A DNA stretch of 64,000 nt, taken from Pristiophorus japonicus. Taxonomy: Eukaryota. Positions 47,546 to 60,003 of the stretch are shown here, piece after piece. The stretch's first letter is position 1; every line of letters begins with the position of its first letter. The position numbers and the translations under genes were made by a program. The notes under the pieces are model-generated. The model did not search any database and had not been told where the DNA came from. It saw only the letters and a program-made list of their open reading frames with translations. Where the stretch lies: contig NC_091989.1 in assembly GCF_044704955.1 (NCBI RefSeq), positions 9,858,001 to 9,922,000 on the forward strand, given 5' to 3'.

Positions 47546-48326
47546 TCTTATGTTTGGATAAATTAACAATGGTTGTTGGATCTTTTAAGAGGACAAAATG
47601 TCCCAGAAGCAATAGCAGCTGAAATAAAAACTGGAAATGCTGGAAACACTCATTGGGTCAGGCAGCATCTGTGGAGAGAAAGACTTAATGTTTCAGGTCG
47701 ATTGACATTTCATCAGAACTGGAAGATGTTAAGAGACGAACAGCTTTTAAGCAAGTGCAGAGCCAGGGTAAAGGGGCGGGGCAGGAGTGATTAAATGACA
47801 GAAGTAATGGTGCACTGCAAAACGATGTGATGATGAAACAAGTATAGGCAGCTGAATAGCAAAGGCAAGTGAAACATGGAAAATCTGGCAAAGAAGGTTT
47901 GTGGTAGTTCAGGAATATGATAGAATAAAGGCAGGTAGACTACAGTGGTGCGGACCACCCCACCAACGGTACGGATAGGGAATTCCCCACAAGTACTAGC
48001 CCACACCTCCACTCCCAGTGACTCTGGTGCAGCCACCCTCCATTACCAGTGTGAGCGGCCTGATAGAAAATGGGAGTGCGGGTTAAGGTCTAAAATTGTT
48101 AAACATAACATTAATTCCTGAAGGCTGTAAATTGCCTAAGAGAAAGTTGAGGGGCTATTCCTCCAGCCTGTATTGAAACAGTGTAGGGCGAAGGACAGAG
48201 AGGTCAAAGTGGGAGTGGGATGGAGAATTAAAGTGGCAAGCGACTGGAAGCTCGGTCACAATTGCAGATTGAACAAGGATGTTAACAAAGTGATCACACA
48301 GTCTACATTTGGTCTCCCTAATATAG

Positions 48327-48903
48327 AACATAGAAACATAGAAAATAGGTGCAGGAGTAGGCCATTCGGCCCTTCGAGCCTGCACCGCCATTCAACAAGG
48401 TCATGGCTGATCACCCACCCCAGCACCGCCTCCCCACGCCCCCCCCGCCCCCCCCCCCAGCCGCAAGGACCACATCCAACTCACTCCCAAACACATCCAA
48501 TGAACTGGCATCAACAACTCTCCGTGGCAGGGAACCCCACAGGCCAACAACTCCCCGAGTGAATAAGTCTCTCCCAATCCCAGCCCCAAACAGCCCACCT
48601 CCCATCCCAAGAGCGTGCCCCCCACCCCCCGGCTCCGGACCCACCCAACACCGGGAACACGCCCCCCGTTCCCAACCCGCCCCGTCCTGTCAGAATCCTT
48701 CCGAAATGCCGAACACCCCCGGATGTCGAGCCCCCAGCCCCGGCCACCCCGGAGCCACGCCCGTGCGACGCCAACCACACCACATCCACCAACCACTATC
48801 TGCGCAGTCAACCCGTCAACCCCACTCTGAACACTCCCCGCACCGAGGCACAGAGCCCCCAGGCCCGCCCCTCCAACACACTCCCCCCCCCCCCAGACCT
48901 CCG
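48327..48903 (-). mobile_element. Internally deleted CR1 retrocopy with A-to-G hypermutation
   Basis: Nearly intact 3' tail at 48327-48410; 3' ORF2 segment 48410-48697 and EN segment 48695-48903 show massive T>C (+ strand) relative to CR1 copies at 9900-10230 and 14807-15010. Confidence 0.88.
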
Positions 48904-49446
48904 TTTGAACTGGTGCTCTCTCCACTCTCTCTCCTGTGACAGTGGGAACTGGTGCTCTCCACTCTCCCATCCTGTAACAGTTTGAACTGGTGCTCTCTGC
49001 ACTCTCCCATCCTGTGACAGTGGAAACTGGTGCTCTCCACTCTCCCATCCTGTGACAGTGGGAACTGGTGCTCTCCACTCTCCCATCCTGTAACAGTTTG
49101 AACTGGTGCTCTCTGCACTCTCCCATCCTGTGACAGTGGAAACTGGTGCTCTCCACTCTCCCGTCCTGTGACAGTTTGAACTGGTGCTCTCTGCACTCTC
49201 CCATCCTGTGACAGTGGGAACTGGTGCTCTCTCCACTCTCCCGTCCTGTGACAGTGGGAACTGATGCTCTCCACTCTCCCGTCCTGTGACAGTTTGAACT
49301 GGTGCTCTCTCCACTCTCTCTCCTGTGACAGTTTGAACTGGTGCTCTCTCCACTCTCTCTCCTGTGACAGTTTGAACTGGTGCTCTCTCCACTCTCTCTC
49401 CTGTGACAGTTTGAACTGGTGTTCTCTCCACTCTCTCTCCTGTGAC
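48904..49446 (+). repeat. 37-39-bp minisatellite, ~14 copies
   Basis: Unit TTTGAACTGGTGCTCTCTCCACTCTC(T/C)(C/A)TCCTGTGACAG. Confidence 0.95.
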
Positions 49447-51620
49447 TACAAGATACCACATTGTTTGCAGCGAATAAAGTATACTAAGATGGAAAAAGTA
49501 CAAGTAAATTGCTGTTTTTCCCAGAAGTAGCATTCAGTGGAAAGGGAGGAGGTGAAAGTACAGGTGTTGCCAGGGAAGTGGTGCAGGTGATGCAAGGTGT
49601 TATGGAGGGAACAATATTTTCGTAATACTGGAAGGGAAGGGGAGGGGAAGGTATGTTTCGTGGTGGCATTTTGCTTGAGGTGACAGAAAAGGCAAAACAT
49701 TAACTGTTGAATGTGGTGGGTGATTCTGGGAGGGAAGAGAAGGCGTGAGGGCATAAATGCAGGAAATGGGATGAACACGGTCGAGGCCCCTGTCAAGCAC
49801 ACTGTGGGGTATCCTCCACTGAGGAAAAAGGAAGACATTCTGGAAGCTCTGCTATGGAAAGTCATCATCATCATCATAGGCGGTCCCTCGAACGAGGATG
49901 ACTTGCTTCCACGAGGGTTCACAGATGTTTCAATGAAGGACCCGATATTCCAGTCCTGGGTTCCAGTTGAGGGGGTGGAAGATGCCTGTGCGTGAATTTT
50001 TTTTTAACGTGTGTTGACCGTTGCACATCAACCACCACACGGGCTTGACAGAGCTCGGTCTTTATCCAGTGGCAAGGATTAACCAGGACCGACTCGAGAC
50101 CTGCCCTGCTGCACGAACCTAGTGCGCGCACATATCGCAGTGTGGGCTGGTCCCTGCTGCCCCTGGGCCCTCAGCTCTTCTGGACACTGTACCATCATTC
50201 GCCGCACCTCCACCCACGGTGTTCCAGGGCCCGGTGCTCCAGCTCTATAGCCCCGATCTATGGTGGTGTTCTCACACAGGTCAGGGCAGCCCACGCAGAG
50301 GCAGGGATAGTGTTGCGTTGACTGTATCCATCATTGTATCTAACCTGGAGACACCTCCGAGATCAATGGGATTGGCTGGACCATTTTAAACTGGAGTAAT
50401 TAAAAAATATATACGCTAGGATTTACCAGGTGAAATTAGATTTGGCTCCTTTAAGTAGAGCTGGTGTCCCTGATCCATTTGCAGACTATTTCAACTGATA
50501 GAGGATGCAAACAGAAAATTTGACTGAGTGCTTCTTGGTGGGGGGAATCAAAAAATACTTAATCGGTCCACAAATATCCAAAATATGGACAAAAAATCAT
50601 GGTACAAAAAAAGCATCGTTAAAACCATGCATTTCGTATCAATTTTTTAAAAACTTACGGTTTTTATTCCCCAAAGTCATAATGCGGTCCATGTCATCTG
50701 CATTGTTTCCTACATAACCAGAGAGATCTTCAATGGACACTCCAACATCAGGCCGTTCCCTCACCTCCAGTCTTAGCATTATTGGAACAGATGCGACAGA
50801 GCTGGCAAAACTGGAATGGAATAGAGTCCTTGCAGACAGCGGGGTGGAAGGATTGTAAGGGTTACTAAATACCTAGTCTCCCGTTACACAGTTCTTTGAC
50901 GTCAGCATTTAGAAGAAGAAAATTACACATGGCACAGGGTTTTGGTTCAACCAAGATTCATTTGTTTTATTGAACATACACATATAACTACCTCCCTAGT
51001 ATAAATCACTATGATCTATGTGGAACTAACAAACCCAGAATACAAACCCCTACAAAAGGTCATTTACATCGGCACAACTTGACAGTTAAACCCGTCTGTG
51101 ATTTTACTGTTACACATAAAGCTACCCAGACCCAATCATAAAACCCTTCTATGATTTGGCTGGAACCAACATACAATCACCAATTCCTCGGCTATCTTCT
51201 GAGGTTGACTGTAGGCCCTTTTCTTGGTTGCAGCTCATGTCCCGAAGACTGGCTGGCTTCTGTAGCGGTTCCTGCACTGCTCTTTTGAAAATGGGTCTTC
51301 TTTGTTCCAAAAACCAACTTGCAATCTTGGAACAGATTTAACACAAATGTGAACTCTTGATGGTTAATTGTCCATGATTACTTTGGCCACTGCCTTGTCT
51401 GTCGGGTGAGGTCCTTTACAAAGTAACCTTACAAAGCGACTTAATTGTTGGTTTCTAGTAGCATTCATATCCAAATGGTTCAGGGTCCAGTCCATTGTTC
51501 AGGCCGAACCTGATATCAGCCTTTCTGGAGCCACAGTCCAAGGTACGTTTTTTAAACAATGTAACCCCTTAAGGTAAATGAATATGTGAATGTTCCTGTA
51601 TCTTTTCAGACAAAAAAAAC

Positions 51621-52278
51621 CATCATCATCATTAGCAATCTCTCAGAATCGAGGAAGACTTGATTCCACTCCTAAAGTGAGTTCTTTGGTGGCTGAACAG
51701 TCCAATACGAGAGCCACAGACCCTGTCACAGGTGGGACAGATATTCGTCGGAGGAAGGGGGGGGGTGGCACTGATTTACCACACACTCCTTCCGCTGCCT
51801 GCGCCTGACCTCTTCACACTCGCAACGTTGAGATTCGAAGAGCTCAACGCCCTCCCGGATGCACTTTCTCCACCTAGGGCGGTCTTCAACCAGGGACTTC
51901 CAGGTGTCAGTAGTGATGTCGCACTTCACCAGGGAGGCTTTGAGGGTGTCCTTGTAATGCTTCCGCTGCCCACCTTTCGCTCATTTGTTATGAAGGAGCT
52001 CCGCGTAGAGCAATTGCTTAGGGAGTCTCGTGTCTGGCATGCAAACTAAGTGGCCTTCCCAGCGAAGCTGATCGAGTGTGGTCAGTGCTTCAATGCTGAG
52101 GATGTTAGCCTGGGCAAGGACACTGATGTTGGTGCGCCTGTCCTCCCAGGGGATTTGTAGGATCTTGATGAGACATCATTGGTGGTATATCTCCAGCGAC
52201 TTGATGTGTTTTCTGCACATGGTCCATGCCTCTGATCCATGCAGGAGGGCGGTATTACTACAGCCCCGTCGGCAGCGG
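51621..52278 (-). mobile_element. RTE LINE 3' fragment
   Basis: Same family as 5585-6485; (CAT)n on + strand at 51621. Confidence 0.85.
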
Positions 52279-52439
52279 GACAGAAAAACCATTGAAGGTG
52301 TGAATGTCCCTCTATCTTTTCAGACAGAAAAACCATTGAAGGTGTGAATGTCTTTTCTGTTGCTCTGATGATGAATGTCTCTCTTTGGCTGCCATTGTCT
52401 GGTGATTTAGATAGATGGCAGATATCCTGCATCATTGTC

Positions 52440-53550
52440 CCACATGATGTTTGATGGTTTGGCTGCAATGCATGAATTAACAACATAGGAATCTGGGGGA
52501 AAACTCTCCACTGGCTGGAATCATACCTACTACAAAGGAAAATGGTTGTGGTTTGATGGAGGTCAATCATCTCAGCCCCAGGACATCGCTGCAGAAGTTC
52601 CTCAGGGCAGTTTGCTAGGCCCAACCATCTTCAACTGTTTCATCAATGACTGTCCCTCCATCATAAGGTCAAACATGGGGATGTTCACTGATGATTTCAC
52701 AGTATTCAGTTTCATTCGCAACTCCTCAGATAATAATGCAGTCCATGCCTGCATGCAGCATACCTGGATGACATTCAGGCTTGGGCTGATAAGTGGCAAT
52801 AACATTCGTGCCACACAAGTGCCAGGCAATGACTATCTCCAACAAGAGAGCATCTAACCGCCCCTTGCCATTTAACAGCATTACCATCACCGAATCTCCC
52901 AACATTAACATCCTGGGGTTCACCATTGACCAGTAACTTAGCTGGACCAGCCACATAAATACTGTGGCAACAAGAGCAGGTCAGAGGCTGGGTATTCATC
53001 AGTGAGTGACTCACCTTTTGACTCCCCAAAGCCTTTCCACAATCTACAAGGCACAAGTCAGGAGTGTAATGGAATATTCTCCACTTGGCTGAATGAGTGC
53101 AGCTCCACAACACTCAAAGAAGCTCGACACCATCCAGGACAAAGCTTGATTGGCACCCCATCCACCACCTTAAACATTCAGACCCTCCATCACCGGTGCA
53201 TCGTGGCTGCAGTGTGTACCATCTACAAGATGCACAGCAGCAACTCGTCAAGGCTTCTTCGGGAACAATTCCCAAACCCGCGACCTCTAGATGGACAAGG
53301 GCAGCAGGCGTATGGGAACACCATCACCTCCAAGTCACACGCTATCCTGGCTTGGAAATATATCGCCATTCCTTCATAGCCACAGGGTCAAAATCCTGGA
53401 AATCCCTCCCGAACAGCACTGTGGGAGTACCTTCACCACACAGACTGTAGCGGTTCAAGAAGGCGGCTCACCACCATCTTCTTGAGGACAATTCGGGATG
53501 GGCAATAAATGCTGGCCTTGCCAACAATACTCACATCAATAAAAAAAAAT
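52440..53550 (+). mobile_element. CR1/L2-group LINE of a distinct family, 3' part
   Basis: AEVPQGSLLGPTIFNCFIND...MFTDD; 3' end GGATGGGCAATAAATGCTGGCCTTGCC + polyA. Confidence 0.78.
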
Positions 53551-56500
53551 GTATCAGTTGAGTTGGAATCAATCCTTTGGAAGGACATCAGCCCAAACTT
53601 CTAGGAAATCTACAATAGATTGCTTGAGAATTTATAAGGGCATAATCTATGAACAGAGAAGAGAAAATGACTAGCGATTATATATTTTCTGAAGAACCAA
53701 CCCAGGATTCGATAAACCACCCAAATCACTGCACATCAAAATAAGTCACTCCAACTTCATATAGATTATTGATCAGGCCATATTTGGAATATTGTATGCA
53801 GTTTTAGGTTTCCTAAGTTCATTAGGAGCTTGATGAGTAGGAGATGGTGCAGAGAAGTGACAAGAATGAACCTGGGATTCTAAATTATGAAGAAAAGTTC
53901 ACAAAATTGATCATGCTTCCAGTGGAGAAGAGAGAGCAAACATGGTGCAAGTGTTTGAGAGGCTGAGAAGGATGGATATGCAAGTAGATTATTTAACTTA
54001 GACAGCGAGCGCCGCACCAAAGTCCAAGAGTATAAAATGCTCAATCAAACCTTGGTCTTAGATTTTGTTTTGCTCCACAGACTCACCTCTAAAGCATTTA
54101 ATGCTGAGTTGATTAACACCTTTAAAAGGAACTAGAGATATGTCCAGTTCGGAATCCAAGTCAATGAACACATTCTTTTCATCAAACGAAAACAGAAAAT
54201 GTTAGAAATACTCAGTAGCTTAGTCAGCAATGGTGGTGAGAGCAAACAACAGTAACAACTTGAATTTATATAGCACCTTTAACGTAGTAAAACGTCCCTA
54301 GGCGCTTCACAGGAGTATCAGGAGATAAAAAATTTGACGCCGAGCTGCATAAGTAGAAATTAGCGCAGGTGACCAAAAGCTTGGTCAAAGAGGTATGTTT
54401 TAAGGAGCGTCTTGAAGGAGGAAAGAGAGGTAGAGAAGCGGAGAGGTTTAGGCAGGGAGTTCCAGAGCTTGGGGCCTAGGCAACAGAAGGCACGGCCACC
54501 AATGGTTGAGCGATTATAAACAGGGATGCTCAAGAGGTCAGAATTAGAGGAGCGCAGAAACAAATTGCCATCCCTTGCCATTAATTTCCTGCCTGATTGG
54601 AGTCCCTGTTGATTCTCCCTTCTTTTTTATGCTTATCTTGCAGTTTTCAGTTCCAGCAAAGGGTTACTCCCAAAACACAAACTTGTGTTTTCTCATCGTG
54701 GATTTGCTGTGTACTGGCAGCAGTTTTTTCTTTTTGATTTAGGAATGTGATCAAGTGGTTAGAGATAATTAAATGCTGTGTGGCAAGTGTTGGTTCCCGT
54801 AATCTTTTTCTTCTTATTCGTTCACGGGATGCGGGCGTCGCTGGCAAGGCCGGCATTTATCACCCATCCCTAATTGCTCTCGAGAAGATGGTGTTGAGCC
54901 GCCTTCTTGAACCGCTGCAGTCCGTGTGCTGACTTTGTCGTGGTGGTTTGTTCGAACTGAGTGGCTTGCTGGGCCATTTCAGAGGGCAATTAAGAGACAA
55001 CCACATTGCTGTGGATCTGGAGTCACATACAGGCCAGACCGGGTAAGGACTGCACATTTGGGAACCAGATGGGTTTTTACAACAATCTGATAGTGTCATG
55101 GTCACCATTAAAAAAAATTCCACATTCATTAAATTAACTGAATTTAAATTCCACAGCTGCCATGGTGGGATTTGAAGTCATATCTCCAGATCATTGGTCC
55201 AGGCCTCTGGTTTACTAGTCTAGTAACACAACCACTATACTGCCATAGCCCTCGATACCAGGATTGTAGAGATGTGAATGCTTTTCAATGTAGTTGGTCA
55301 AGAGTATACAATGGAGGATGTAAAGTTAGATGTGAGTTTGCTTGATTTAGCTTGGCGAAGGGAAAGATTTTTCAGAACATTTCTCAAGAGATGATGTAAG
55401 TTGATGAGAGACTGAATTGCACATGATCAAGGAAGAGCAGGGGATTTAACCCTGGGGCCAATATTAATCCATCAATCAATATCACTAAAAAACAGATTAT
55501 CTGGTTATTATCCCATTGCTGTTTGTGGGAGCTTGCTGTGCGCAAATTGGCTGCTGCATTTCCTGCATTACAACAGAGACTACAATTCAAAATGCCTTGG
55601 GACATCCTGAGGTCATGAAAGGCGCTATATAAATGCAAGTATTTCCTTTCTTTCTCATTATTACATAAGAACATACGAACATAAGAATTAGGAACAGGAG
55701 TAGACCATCTAGCCCCTCGAGCCTGCTCCGCCATTCAACAAGATCATGGCTGATCTGGCCATGGACTCAGCTCCACTTACCCGCTGGAACAATTGGTTGT
55801 TAGTGTTATCAATTACTGAGAATCATCAAAGCAAATCTCTACCACGGATTCTTGTTACACTCATTAACATTTTTTCCCAATTTTTAATTGCAATAAGTGC
55901 AAAACCAGATAAGTTAAGAGATTGGCAAGCTGCAGGTTTTAATTCAAATAACCAGTGAAAGCCTAACACCAAGTAAGAGTTGTGCTTGGATTGGTTAGTC
56001 TGGTTCTTAAGTGGACTATCTGGAAATTTCTAAAGTGTAATCTGGATACAAAAGTCTGTTTTTAAATAAAGACTTACCCTTATTTCTTATTCTGTAGAGG
56101 CATTGATTATTATTGTATGAATTAATTTGTATAAGTAACAAAAGAAGCTGTGATTTGGCAACAGGTAGCATACTTACCTAATTCATGTTATTTTTCTTTT
56201 GGGAAATATCCTGGGATGTTTTCTACTTTGAAGGCACTACATAAATAAAAAATATAAGCAAAATACTACTAGAAACACACTGCATTCATCCAACATTTAT
56301 AGTTTTACCATTTTATTTTGCTGTATAAAAGTGAAGTTGTTATTACTGCAGAACTATATGAATAAAGACGCATTTATATAGCGATTTTCACAACCACGAG
56401 AGGTCTCAAAGCACTTTACAGCCAATGAAGTCTTTTGAAATGTAGTCACTGTTGGAATTGAAACAGTAGAGATTGTAAACATATTATGGAAAGCGGACAC

Positions 56501-57055
56501 ATTCTATAAAAGCAACAATAAGAATGGCTCACTATGTTTGCCTACATTAGCACATTGGCTATACTTCAAAAAAATTAGAGGGAACATTGCTTACAACCCT
56601 TCGAGATCTGCGTGCCTCTAATTCTGGCTTCTTGAGCGTCCCCGATTTCCATTGCTCCATTATTGGTGGCCGTGCCTTCAGCTGCCGAGGCCCGAAGCTC
56701 TGGAATTCCTTCCCTAAACCTCTCCATCTCTCTCCCCTCCTTTAAGACATTCCTTAAAATCTACCTCTTTGACCAAGCTTTTGGTCATCCGCCCTAATAT
56801 TTCCTTACGTGGCTTGGTATCAAATGCTGTTTGGTTACGCTCCTGTGATGCGCCTTGGGACGGTTTACTACGTTAAAGGTGCTACATAAATGCAAAAGCA
56901 AAATACTGTGGACGATGGAAATTTGAAATGAGAACAGAAAATGCTGGAAATACTCAGCAGGTAGACTACATCTGTGGAGAGTGAAACAGAGTTAATGTTT
57001 CAGGTCGATGCCCTTTCATCAAAAGGTTAGAGATGTAACAGGTTTTAAGCAAGTG

Positions 57056-58755
57056 CATAAGAACATAGAAAATAGGAGCAAGGGTCGGCCATATGGCCCC
57101 TCGAGCCTACTCTGCCATTTAATACCATCATGGCTGACCTGGTCATGGACTCAGCTCCACTTCGCTGCCCACTCCCCATAACCCCCTATCCCCTTATCGT
57201 TTAAGAAACTGTCTATTTCTGTCTTAAATATATTCAATGTCCGAGCTTCCACAGCTCTCTGAGGCAGCGAATTCCACAGATTTATAACCCTCTGAGAGAA
57301 GAAACTCCTCCTCAACTCAGTTTTAAATGGGTGGCCCTTTATTCTAAGATTATGCCCTCTAGTTCTAGTCTCCCCCATCAGTGGAAACATCCTCTCTGCA
57401 TCCACCTTGTCAAGCCCCCTCATAATCTTATACATTTCGATAAGATCACCTCTCAATCTTCTGAATTCCAATGAGTAGAGGCCCAACCTACTCAACCTTT
57501 CCTCATAAGTCAACCCCCTCATCCCCGGAATCAACCTAGTGAACCGTCTCTGAACTGTCTCCAAAGCAAGTATATCCTTTCATAAATATGGAAACCAAAA
57601 CTGCACGCAGAATTCCAGGTGTGGCCTCACTAATACCTTATATAGCTGTAGCAAGACTTCCCTGCTTTTATACTCCATCCCCTTTGCAATAAAGGCCAAG
57701 ATTCCATTGGCCTTCCTGATCACTTGCTGTACTGCATACTAACCTTTTGTGTTTCATGCACAAGTACCCCTAGGTCTCACTGTACTGCAGCACTTTGCAA
57801 TCTTTCTCCATTTAATTAATAACTTGCTCTTTGATTTTTTTATGCCAAAGTGCATGACCTCACACTTTCCAACATTATACTCCATCTGCCAAATTTTTGC
57901 CCACTCACTTAGCCTGTCTATGTCCTTTTGCAGATATTTTGTGCCCTCCTCACACATTACTTTTCCTCCCATCTTTGTATCGTCAGCAAACTTGGCTACG
58001 TTACACTCGGTCCCTTCTTCCATGTCGTTAATATAGATTGTAAATAGCTGGGGTCCCAGCACTGATCCCTGCGGCACCCCACTAGTTACTGATTGCCAAC
58101 CAGAGAATGAACCATTTATCCCGACTCTCTGTTTTCTGTTCGTTAGCCAATCCTCCTCTATCCATGCTAATATATTACCCCCAACCCCGTGAACTTTTAT
58201 CCTGTGCAGTAACCTTTTATGTGGCACCTTGTCAAATGCCTTCTGGAAGTCCAATTACACATCCACTGGTTCCTCTTTATCCACCCTGTTACATCCTCAA
58301 AGAATTGCAGCAAATTTATCAAACATGACTTCCCCTTCATAAATCCATGCTGTCTCTGCCTGACCGAATTATGCTTTTCCAAATGTCCTGCTGCTGCTTC
58401 TTTAATAACGGAGTCCAACGTTTTCCCAACCACAGATGTTAGGCTAACTGGTCCATAGTTTCCTGCTTTTTGTCTGCCTCCTTTTTTAAATAGGGGCGTT
58501 ACATTTGCGGTTTTCCAATCCGCTGGGACCTCCCCAGAATCCAGGGAATTTTGGTAAATTACAACCAATACATCCACTATCCCTGCTGCTACTTCTTTTA
58601 AGACCCTAGGATGCAAGCCATCAGGTCCAGGGGATTTATCTGCCTTTAGTCCCATTATCTTACTGAGTACCAACTCCTTAGTGATTGTGATTGTGTTAAG
58701 TTCCTCCCCTCCGCCACGGCCCCTTGACTATCCACTGTTGGGATATTGTTAGTGC
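57056..58755 (-). mobile_element. CR1 LINE (RT and 3' end), inserted in a Penelope-pLTR-like remnant (56895-57055, resuming ~58756)
   Basis: ORFs 58197-58673, 57754-58254 and 57151-57564 ([14 protein letters not shown]). Confidence 0.92.
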
Positions 58756-58975
58756 AGGGGCAGGGAAAGGAGGAGAGGGGAGGAAAGAACAAAAGGGAAG
58801 GTCCGTGATGGGATCAAAAAGAAACACTTGCATTTATGTAGTGCCTTTTACAACCACCGAACATCCCAATGCGTTTTGCAACCAATGAAGTACTTTTTGG
58901 AATTTAGTCACTATTGCAATATGGGAAACGCGGCAGCCAATTTGTGCACAGCAAACTCCCACAAACAGCAATATG

Positions 58976-59420
58976 ATCACACTCGATCAGCTTCGCTGGG
59001 CAGGCCACATAGTTCGCATGCCAGATACGTGACTCTCTAAGCAAATGCTTTATATGGAGCTCCTTCATGGTAAACGTGCCAAAGGTGGGCAGCGGAAACG
59101 TTATAAGGACATCCTCAAAGCCTCCCTGGTAAAGTGCGACATCACCACTGACACCTGGGAGACCCTGGCCGAAGACCGACCGAGGTGGAGAAAGTGCATC
59201 CGGGAGGGCGTTGAGACTCAAAGAGCGTGAAGAGGTCAGGCGCAGACAGCGGAAGGAGTGCGCGGCAAACCAGCCCCACCGACCCCTTCCCTCGACGAAT
59301 GTCTGTCCCACCTATAACAGGGTCTGTGGCTCTCATATTGGACTGTTCAGCCACCAGAGAACTCACTTTAGGAGTGGAAGCAAGTCTTCCTCGATTCCGA
59401 GGGACTGATTATAATGATGG
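58976..59420 (+). mobile_element. RTE LINE 3' fragment nested in a SINE
   Basis: LYMELLHGKRAKGGQRKRYKD...; TGATT/ATGATG tail. Confidence 0.85.
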
Positions 59421-60003
59421 ATAGCGACCAGATAATCTGTATTGATTAAAAGAGCAAAGGAATGCTGGTGTGAGGCAAAAGGAGACGGTAATGTGACAAA
59501 TAAAAGAAAAAGGTAAAGAAACAAAAGATGGGTATAGGGGAGGTTTCAATGGCAATAGCTACATAAATACAAGTTGTTGTTGTCTATGCTATCTGCTTCA
59601 ACTACTCCAACTGCATGAATTATAAAACATTTTTTTTCCAAAAATATACTTTATTCATATAAAATTTTCACAATACATTGGAAAATAGTTCAGTATCTTG
59701 CAGTCAGCAATTCCATACAATTCGTTTAGATGCTGACAGCAGTTCCATACAATGCACTAGCGTGCATTTTATTTCAGGCTACAGTTCAGTACAATCTGTA
59801 AATCATGTTACATGTAGTACTGTGCAAATAAGGGTATTACATGGAGCAGATAAGAACAGGTTTACATTACATTCCAGGATACATTTCAATATCGATCACG
59901 AATCACGTTACATGTAGCACTATGCAGATGAAAGCAGTACACGGAATGGATGGGAATACATTTACATTTCTTTACAAGTTACTAAACAGTGCAGAAACTT
60001 TCA

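Larger units (their letters stand above)
47620..49860 (-). mobile_element. Degenerate Penelope-like element (GIY-YIG endonuclease and pLTR remnant), interrupted at 48327-49446
   Basis: YIRETKCRLCDHF...LPVACHFNSPSHS (48155-48325); MSSFFLSGGYP...HLKQNATTKHTFPSP (49600-49850); CTGATGA...GAAA motif at 47716-47691. Confidence 0.72.

Noticed and set aside
48904-49446. CRISPR-like periodicity (also 61346-62503)
   Set aside because: Head-to-tail units without unique spacers, no cas genes, vertebrate context
48401-49533. Long minus-strand ORFs (352 and 241 aa)
   Set aside because: Minisatellite plus A>G-converted LINE sequence (conversion removes stop codons); no evidence of a real gene
50400-51580. 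Repeat-poor intergenic stretch as a possible hidden exon or ncRNA
   Set aside because: No recognisable ORF, splice-site pair or RNA motif found by eye
59620-60000. AT-rich segment with an internal ~95-bp imperfect repeat and reversed AATAAA/polyA
   Set aside because: Probably a LINE 3' UTR remnant, but no family or boundaries could be supported
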